Assembly: GCA_001664505.1 (NCBI GenBank)
Contig: CP011806.1
Span: forward strand, 2,285,661-2,317,660
Direction of reading: 5' to 3'
Source: Acidobacteria bacterium Mor1
GTDB taxonomy: Bacteria > Acidobacteriota > Polarisedimenticolia > Polarisedimenticolales > Polarisedimenticolaceae
Length of the DNA: 32,000 nt
Part shown: positions 22,915 through 29,663 of the stretch, one piece after another
Layout of the letters: every line of letters starts with the position of its first letter
How positions within the stretch are numbered: position 1 is the first letter of the stretch
Translations under genes and position numbers: made by a program
Notes under the pieces: generated by a model
Seen by the model: only the letters and a program-made list of their open reading frames with translations
What the model was told of the DNA's origin: nothing
The model's database searches: none

Positions 22915-25667
22915 GGCTGGGGTCCGGAGCAGGTGGGACCCGCAGGGAGGTGGCAAGTCGTGTCGGGGCCGTACTGGAAGCTGAACTCGCCGTTCAGGTC
23001 GTAGCGAACGACGGTGTACGTGTACCAGGTGTCCGGCTCCGTATCGAGGTCGGTCCAGGTGACCGAGGTATCGAAGGTGGTCTGGCAGGTGATCATCGGC
23101 GAGACCTGTTGCCAGAATCGGGATCCTTCGCGGCGGCGGAAGACGATGAATGGCGCGTCGTTGCCTGCGCTGCATCCGGCGGGGTCGGCGGACCAGAACA
23201 CCTCGATGCCGCCGGCGGGGGCCGGGGTCAACAGCAGGCTCGCGTTGACCACGTCGAACTGCCGCGGGTTCTGCCGCTGCCAGTAGGGCCAACTCAGCTC
23301 CAGATCGCCGATTCCGAAACCGTCCCAGGCGTAGGGCTTGACCTTGCCGGGCACCCCACCCCAACCGATGGCGTGCAGATGCAGCACCACGTTGTTCGAT
23401 TCCCCGACCTTGACCTTCATCGTGTAGAGCGAGGTCGCCGGGTCGTAGGTCAGGAAACGGCCGCTGGCCGGCTCGACGTTGGTGATCGTATTCTCGAGCG
23501 CCTGGGCACCCGGCTTGACCACCCAGGAATCGGTATTGGTTCCGGGCTGGCTTCCGAAGTTCTGCTGGCCGAAGTGATCGACGTAGCCCGGCGGGATGTT
23601 CGGATCCGGATCTTCGCCGTCGACCAGATAGCTGGTCCAGAGCGAGAAGCCCAACAGCGCCTTCGGGCTCAGCGAATAGAACTGGATGCGGATCCAGTCC
23701 TCGCCGTCGCCGTCGTCCTGCAGGTCGAGTAGCACCTTCTTGATCGTCGGCGCCGGCAGCGGCACGTTCAGCTTGAACAGGAACGACGCGGGATCCGAGA
23801 AGGCGCCGAAGTTCCCGCTGGGGTCGATGGTGCGCACCTTGTACCAGATCTTCGAATCGATCATCGGCTCGAAATCCGGCGACCAGGGTGAGGTCGTGAC
23901 CTCGGGCCCGGGCACGTACTTGACTCCGTCGAAGGAGCGGTAGACCCGAACGCCCCAGGCGTCATTCGGCTTCTGGATCTCGATCTGGGGCGGACAGTCG
24001 GGCCCCGTCAGGATCGTCAGGTCCCCCTCTTCCTGCTGCCAGCGCTCGTCGAAGGTCGTGTCCCGGCAAACGTCTCCCGGGTTCTCCTCGCAGCAGCGAA
24101 GAGTCAGGGTTGCCCGCCCCGGCGCCACCAGGTCCCGGGGCACGCACGGCACGAATCCGCTCAGAGGGCTCGGATTGCCTGCCGCGTCCAGGGCCCGGGC
24201 CGCGTAGAAGAAGGTGGTGCCGGCGTCGCCGGCCTGGACCGAGGTATCGACGAAGGTGGCTCGACTGCCCGGTGCCACGCTGGACTGGAGCAACGTGCCG
24301 GCCCGCCAGGAGGGAGGCAAACGGTCGAGGTTCAGATCCCTGGGCACTCCGAGCACACGGTAGATCTCGTAGCTCTCGGTGCCGTCGACCGATTCGTCGT
24401 TGCGCTCCCAGGAGATCTCGCAGACCTCGTGGCCCTGGTCGAGGACCCGCGTACTCTGAATCAGCGCCGGTTGCTCCGGCGCGTCCCGGTCCAGCACCTC
24501 GCAGGGCACCGGCGTCGTCGGCGTGCCCAGGTCGCCGAACAGATTGCGCGGCAACATCTGGTAGCAGTAGCTCTGACGCAGCTGCACCGGATCGAGGGGG
24601 GTGTCGCTGCCGTCGTCCCGGAAGTTGAACGCCTGGACGTACTCGAACACGGCGTCGAGTTCATCGGGGGTCATGCTGTTGAGCGCCGGGATGTCGTGGG
24701 GGGTCGCCGGGTCGGCGGCGTCGCCGATCTGCCGCCGGTAGAAATCACGCAGGGTGCTACCGGCGACCTGGGCGTCATCTCTCCCGCCGGGATGGCAGGA
24801 CTGGCACTGGGCCGCAAACAGGCTGGCGCCCTGCTTCTGCCGTCCCGGCTTGGGAGGCAACACCGTCACCGAGCTTGCCCGCACCACGTCGGGCGCGCCG
24901 GGCGCCATCGGCGGGCAGCTCCCGTCGGGATTGGCCTGGGTGCGCAGCACCTCGTAGCCGAACCCGCGCCACTCGTCAGGCGAGGAATCCCAGCGCAGGA
25001 AGGCCGCCTGGTGCCCCCGGGCGTCGCCGGGGTCGATGCAGGTCGGGTTCTGTGCGCCGGCGTGGGGTTCGTAGGTTCCCGCCGTCGCCGAGGCGCGGCC
25101 CAGCCGTTCCGCCGGCGCTCCGACGCCGTCGAGGCCCCACAGTTCGTACACGTAGGTCGTGCCGGGGGTCACGTTCTCGTCGAGATAGCCGAGGCCCAGG
25201 GCTACTGCCGCCATGTAGTTCTGCTCGGGCAGGTAGCGCAGCTGGGCGCGGCTGATCTCGGGAGCGTTGGGGTCCTGGATCAGCAGGAGCTCGACGGCAT
25301 ATTCGCTACCGAAGCTCTCCTGGATCCACTGCAGGGCATCTTCGTTTCCGACGGTGGTGAACAGGTCCTGGATTTCCTGGACTTCGGTCATCGGCTCGAT
25401 CGGATCGAGGTTCTGCAGGGTGAAGTCGGCGGTTCCCGCCTCGCGACGCATCACGTCGAAGGCGGAGTAGCGCTGGATGCCCTCGACGGCGCGCCAGCGC
25501 AGCAGGATTCGGGGAGCACTGTCGTCGGCCACGGCGACGACCTCGAGGCGTTCGGCCGGGGGTGCGGCCTGGAGCGGCCCGGTGAGGAGGGCGGCCAGGA
25601 CGCAGAGCGCGAGTGCGAACACCCGGGCACACGCGTGTCCTTGGGTCACGTCTATTCCTTGTCTCAT
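22911..25667 (-). CDS. secreted multi-Fn3-like protein with embedded mono-haem c-type cytochrome module
   Basis: Start revised to ATG 25667, with GAGG 9 nt upstream, 11 nt after the upstream stop. The signal peptide is MRQGIDVTQGHACARVFALALCVLAALLTGPLQA. Fn3-like signatures include ILLRWRAVEGIQRYSAFDVMRRE, AFLRWDSSPDEWRGFGYEVLR, CEISWERNDESVDGTESYEIYRV, FFYAARALDAAGNPSPLS and WYKVRTIDPSGNFGAFSDP. The cytochrome c block is GASLFAAQCQSCHPGG...NSMTPDELDAVFEYVQAF, with CQSCH at 24806..24792. Confidence 0.8.
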   Translation of the reverse strand: MRQGIDVTQGHACARVFALALCVLAALLTGPLQAAPPAERLEVVAVADDSAPRILLRWRAVEGIQRYSAFDVMRREAGTADFTLQNLDPIEPMTEVQEIQDLFTTVGNEDALQWIQESFGSEYAVELLLIQDPNAPEISRAQLRYLPEQNYMAAVALGLGYLDENVTPGTTYVYELWGLDGVGAPAERLGRASATAGTYEPHAGAQNPTCIDPGDARGHQAAFLRWDSSPDEWRGFGYEVLRTQANPDGSCPPMAPGAPDVVRASSVTVLPPKPGRQKQGASLFAAQCQSCHPGGRDDAQVAGSTLRDFYRRQIGDAADPATPHDIPALNSMTPDELDAVFEYVQAFNFRDDGSDTPLDPVQLRQSYCYQMLPRNLFGDLGTPTTPVPCEVLDRDAPEQPALIQSTRVLDQGHEVCEISWERNDESVDGTESYEIYRVLGVPRDLNLDRLPPSWRAGTLLQSSVAPGSRATFVDTSVQAGDAGTTFFYAARALDAAGNPSPLSGFVPCVPRDLVAPGRATLTLRCCEENPGDVCRDTTFDERWQQEEGDLTILTGPDCPPQIEIQKPNDAWGVRVYRSFDGVKYVPGPEVTTSPWSPDFEPMIDSKIWYKVRTIDPSGNFGAFSDPASFLFKLNVPLPAPTIKKVLLDLQDDGDGEDWIRIQFYSLSPKALLGFSLWTSYLVDGEDPDPNIPPGYVDHFGQQNFGSQPGTNTDSWVVKPGAQALENTITNVEPASGRFLTYDPATSLYTMKVKVGESNNVVLHLHAIGWGGVPGKVKPYAWDGFGIGDLELSWPYWQRQNPRQFDVVNASLLLTPAPAGGIEVFWSADPAGCSAGNDAPFIVFRRREGSRFWQQVSPMITCQTTFDTSVTWTDLDTEPDTWYTYTVVRYDLNGEFSFQYGPDTTCHLPAGPTCSGPQP

Positions 25668-25678
25668 GGATCGATTCC

Positions 25679-28600
25679 TCAGAGAGAGCATTTGACCTTG
25701 GGGCCGGACATCTTGATCTTGAACTTGGGCGGGGTCTTGCCGGTGACGTTGCCGCGCACCACGCAGGACGCGCACCAACCGTCGTTGAGCACGTCCGAGG
25801 GCGAATCCCATTCGTCCTCTTCGCAGAAGCCGAAGCCTCCGCCGACCCACATGTCGCCGGCGAGCTTGAACACGTCGCCGTCGGTGTTGCCCAGCAGGGT
25901 CAGATCGCCGCGAACCGAGACGAGACAGGCGCCCTTGCCGGATACCCAGCCGCGCACCTTGCCGCCGAAGTTGTCGGAGATGTACCAACCGCCGACTTCC
26001 ATCCCGGCGCTGACGCGCAGCAGGCAGCCGAAGTCGAAGATGTTGCCCTGGACTCCCAGACGGGCGTAGCCCCCCTGGAAGGAGTTGAGGTTGTTGAGGA
26101 ACTTGCCGACGGTGGGATCCAGCGACTTGAGCGGCTCCATCGTCTTGCAGTTGCCCAGCAGGATGTCCCCGTGGGCGCCGTAGCCGTTGAACTTGAGCTT
26201 CAGGCCGGCATCGAAGTACCAGTCCCCGTCGGACCAGTACTTGAGGGTCATTCCGGCCTTGTCGAAGCCGATGCCCGACAGGCCTCCCTTGGTCAGGTCC
26301 AGCGAGCCGGTGAGGCTGTTGAAGGTGAAGCTCGGCGGGCTGCCGCTGACGTCGAAGTCGAAGTCCCACTGCATCCCGGGCACGCTGGGGAAGTCGATGC
26401 TCTGCTCGGCCGGCATGGACATCGCGCCTGCGATCTGACGCCGGCTGAACTCCTGGATCGGCTGCAGCGCACCGTTGCTGGTTTCCTTGACGTGCCGGTC
26501 GATCGAGAGTGTCGAGCGGTCCAGCCCGAAGAACTGACCGCCGGTGTCGATGGTCGCGTCGAGGAACGCCAGATCCGCTCCGTCGGCAGACAGATCCAGG
26601 TGCCCGGTCATCTTCGACGCGTTCATCCCCGGAGCGGCCACGGCAAAGGAGGTCTGCAGGTCGGGATGATTGGCCAGGTCGGCCAGAGCCCCGCTGTCGT
26701 GAAGCGCCGTGGTCAGCGCCTGGGGTTCGGGCAACGCCCCTCCCAGCTTCGCCAGCGCGCCGTCATAGGCCCCGGCAAAGGGGTTGAGCAGTGAGGCCGG
26801 CACGATGGTGTCCAGGTCGCCCCGGGCGGCAGGCAGGATCGCGTCCCACAGACGCAGCACGCTGCCGGCACCCAGATCGGAGCGGGTCAGGCCGTGACGG
26901 GTCTGGATCCCCGAGGCGACCGGAACCGAGCCGAGCTGCACCGAGCGCTGGCCACCCCCCTGGTCGGCGTAGCCGAGGAACACGCCGACGCCGTTCTCGT
27001 TGTCGCCGTCACCCGGATCCTTGGTGCCTTCGGGGCGGAAGTAGTCCAGCCGGTACTGCAGGTCGATGGTGCCGCTGGCCATGGTCCGCGAGGCCAGGAT
27101 CGACGACTTGCTCGGAACGTCGGGGAAGCCCGGCTCGTGGACGTCGACCTGATAGGTCGCGGCAACCACGTCGGTGCGGCGAATGACGGTGTCCCCTTCG
27201 GTGGAGCCGAACCAGGGCACGTCGATCTCGCCGATGGCGTCGTAGCGGCCCAGCGGCTGAGTCGGCGGCGGAAAACCGTCGCAGTCGTAGACCTGGCACT
27301 CCGAGGGGAAGCCGGCCCAGGGTTGCAGCTCGAACTCGGAAACGTCGTAGGTGTAGGGCTGCAATCCCAGACTGTTGGGCTCGAACTCGAACTGGGTGAA
27401 ATCGATCGGTTTGATGGCGCCGGGGACCCCGTTGGGATCCAGCGAGAAGTCCGACGTCGGCGTCGGCTGGAAGTGCGGCACCGGCGTCGATGCGGTGACT
27501 TCGACGCTGGTCGCCTTGTCCCCGTTGCACTGGACGTCGGTGTCCCCCGGGACCGACGTGAAGGCCAGACCGTAAGGCAGATACTCGGCGTCCCAGTACT
27601 TGAGCTTGCCCGGCGCGATGCCGCTGGGTACGTCGGCGTCCTTGGGTTCGCCGCAGTTGCAGAGGCGCATGTCGCCGAAGGGGATCATCGTCGACGAGGG
27701 CCAGGGGAAGTTGATCGCGCCCCGCATGACCGTGTCGGCGTATTCGGAGCGATTGCCCTTGAACGCGTGGCCCCAGGAGTTGAAGTCCATCTTGAAGCCG
27801 TTGGGATCGTTCAGCGGAGTCGGGTCGATGCCGCCGTCGAACACCCCGGTCACCCCGGAGCCGCGCACGAAGAACACCAGCTCCTTCTCCAAATCGTCGG
27901 CGGGAATGCTCTTGATCACCGGCGGCAGTTCGTTGACCGATGCGGCCCAGTCGGGTGGCGTCGCCGCTCCCGGACAGACCGGAGACCAGATTCCCGCGTC
28001 GCAGGTGCCGCCCGGGCAGTCGCTGTCGTTGCTGCAGCGGTTGTTGGCGTTGGTTCCGCCGACGCACATCAGATTGCGGTTGTAGTTCAGCCCGGCATAG
28101 AGGCCGCGCCCCTCGGGAGCGAACCCACGGGCCAGCACCTGGACGTCCTGGGGGTTGCCCAGGCCACCCGGCAGGAAGGTGTCCGCCTGGAGCGGCGGAA
28201 TCCAGAGCGTGCCGCAACCGAGGTCGGTCAGGCTGTTGAAGGTAAAGGTGAACGGTTCCGGCCCGGTATCTCCGGGCTGCTGCTCGTTGAGATCTGCGAC
28301 CCCGGCGAGGATGCCGCCGTGCTGGGTGATCTGTGGGCCGAGCCGGTCATCGTTGAGGGTGAAGCGCCGGCTCTGGATCGCGTCGTCACAGATCTCCCGG
28401 GGCCCGTATTCGAGCCACATGGTGCCGCCGTCGAACCCGCCGTCGACGAAGGTGCCGTCGACCATCGTCGCGGCGGCCGGGCCGTCGAGCCGCACCCACA
28501 CCCCGTCGGGGAAGGCCGGTTCGAAGTCGACCTCGGCGGTCGAGGGAAGATCCAGCTCCAACTGGAATCCCAGGTGGGTGAACGAGACGTTGCGTGGCGC

Positions 28601-29470
28601 CCAGGAGGCGTGGTCCAGCCACCCGGCATTCCAGCGGGCGTTGCAGTTCCAGGTCAACCCGGGCTCGGGAATGCGGCAGCCGACCTCTCCGGCGGTCGCG
28701 CCGGATGCGGGGACGACCACCTCGTAGGCTGGCCCGATGCCGCCGATGGTGTCGAGACTCACCCGGTCCTGTTCGAAAGTCACGTCCCCCGGAGTCATGC
28801 GGAACGGCATGCCGTCGGGCCAGAAGCGGAACGACCCGTTGGTGTTGGTCTCCTGGAAGCGGAAGGTCAGATCCTGCTTCAGCCGCACCTCGTTGAAGTT
28901 GATCGTCTTGCCGCCGGTGGAACGCACGCTGTTCGGATAGACCAACGTGGCCTGGTTGCCGGTGGTGGCATCGGTGCGGGCGCCGTCGCTGCCCCGGAAC
29001 AGCACCTGGGGAATCACGTAGTTGAGGTTCCCCTCGGCGACGCACTCGGTGCGCAAATCGTGATTCTGGTTGGGGACGTAGGTCGTGGTGTCGTCGGCCG
29101 GCACGTAGGCCGGCTCGGGGCCGATGTTCGGGTCCTTCACCACATCGCCCAGGAAGAAGATGTTCATCCAGTCTTCCTGGGGAGCGCAGAGACCCAGATC
29201 CTCGTAGGGACCGAACTCGACGCTGATCTCACCGTCGAAGCTGAAGGTCCCGTCCCCGTTGTCGGTGCACAGATGGCACTCCTCCACCGTGGCCCGGATC
29301 TCGAACTCCGGGTCGCCGGCGGCAAACAGGAACACGTCGGATCTGAAGTCGCAGCGACTGACCGAACCCTCGACACAGGTCGAGGGCGCCGGCCCGGCCA
29401 GAGTCGCCGATGTGGCGGCCAGGGCCAGGACAATCGGAAGCCATCGCGATTTTCCGGTTCGCCTAAACAT
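25679..29470 (-). CDS. large secreted protein of unknown function (orphan, 1263 aa)
   Basis: Start revised to ATG 29470, with GAGG 6 nt upstream. The signal peptide is MFRRTGKSRWLPIVLALAATSATLAGP. The protein is Gly/Asp/Pro/Thr-rich with apparently beta-rich composition and scattered Cys pairs (e.g. NRCSNDSDCPGGTCDAG). I recognise no domain. The frame is coherent over 3.8 kb while the alternative frames are Arg/Gly-rich junk. Confidence 0.75.
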   Translation of the reverse strand: MFRRTGKSRWLPIVLALAATSATLAGPAPSTCVEGSVSRCDFRSDVFLFAAGDPEFEIRATVEECHLCTDNGDGTFSFDGEISVEFGPYEDLGLCAPQEDWMNIFFLGDVVKDPNIGPEPAYVPADDTTTYVPNQNHDLRTECVAEGNLNYVIPQVLFRGSDGARTDATTGNQATLVYPNSVRSTGGKTINFNEVRLKQDLTFRFQETNTNGSFRFWPDGMPFRMTPGDVTFEQDRVSLDTIGGIGPAYEVVVPASGATAGEVGCRIPEPGLTWNCNARWNAGWLDHASWAPRNVSFTHLGFQLELDLPSTAEVDFEPAFPDGVWVRLDGPAAATMVDGTFVDGGFDGGTMWLEYGPREICDDAIQSRRFTLNDDRLGPQITQHGGILAGVADLNEQQPGDTGPEPFTFTFNSLTDLGCGTLWIPPLQADTFLPGGLGNPQDVQVLARGFAPEGRGLYAGLNYNRNLMCVGGTNANNRCSNDSDCPGGTCDAGIWSPVCPGAATPPDWAASVNELPPVIKSIPADDLEKELVFFVRGSGVTGVFDGGIDPTPLNDPNGFKMDFNSWGHAFKGNRSEYADTVMRGAINFPWPSSTMIPFGDMRLCNCGEPKDADVPSGIAPGKLKYWDAEYLPYGLAFTSVPGDTDVQCNGDKATSVEVTASTPVPHFQPTPTSDFSLDPNGVPGAIKPIDFTQFEFEPNSLGLQPYTYDVSEFELQPWAGFPSECQVYDCDGFPPPTQPLGRYDAIGEIDVPWFGSTEGDTVIRRTDVVAATYQVDVHEPGFPDVPSKSSILASRTMASGTIDLQYRLDYFRPEGTKDPGDGDNENGVGVFLGYADQGGGQRSVQLGSVPVASGIQTRHGLTRSDLGAGSVLRLWDAILPAARGDLDTIVPASLLNPFAGAYDGALAKLGGALPEPQALTTALHDSGALADLANHPDLQTSFAVAAPGMNASKMTGHLDLSADGADLAFLDATIDTGGQFFGLDRSTLSIDRHVKETSNGALQPIQEFSRRQIAGAMSMPAEQSIDFPSVPGMQWDFDFDVSGSPPSFTFNSLTGSLDLTKGGLSGIGFDKAGMTLKYWSDGDWYFDAGLKLKFNGYGAHGDILLGNCKTMEPLKSLDPTVGKFLNNLNSFQGGYARLGVQGNIFDFGCLLRVSAGMEVGGWYISDNFGGKVRGWVSGKGACLVSVRGDLTLLGNTDGDVFKLAGDMWVGGGFGFCEEDEWDSPSDVLNDGWCASCVVRGNVTGKTPPKFKIKMSGPKVKCSL

Positions 29471-29505
29471 GCAGTACCTCGCTGATCGTTGTGCTGCCCT
29501 CCGGG

Positions 29506-29592
29506 CCGGTTGCGGGGTACATACCGGTTGCGCCCATCCGGTAACAGCGGTCCTGCAGAAACCGGGAAACGCCCCGGACACGCCGTTACCGG
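29506..29592. promoter_or_regulatory. array of CCGGT(T/A) motifs in the divergent intergenic region (candidate operator sites or RNA stem)
   Basis: CCGGTTGCG occurs at 29506..29514 and again at 29524..29532, a direct repeat with 18-bp periodicity. CCGGTAAC (29538..29545) is inverted against GTTACCGG (29585..29592), extendable to 8+3 bp with one mismatch. A further AACCGG lies at 29560..29565. All sit in the 193-bp gap between the giant operon (start 29470, -) and the kinase gene (start 29664, +). Confidence 0.3.
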
Positions 29593-29663
29593 CGGCTTGA
29601 AAGCGGTATGAAGCCCGTTGCCGGGGTAGACTGCGCCCGCGACCATGCCCTCGAGGAGGCACC

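Noticed and set aside
24429-29485. ORFs overlapping the Fn3/cytochrome and orphan genes on the plus strand (24429..26069, 25613..26794, 26894..29485) or in another minus-strand frame (27009..28217).
   Set aside because: They are low-complexity alternative-frame translations. The minus-strand genes have SDs, signal peptides and coherent composition.
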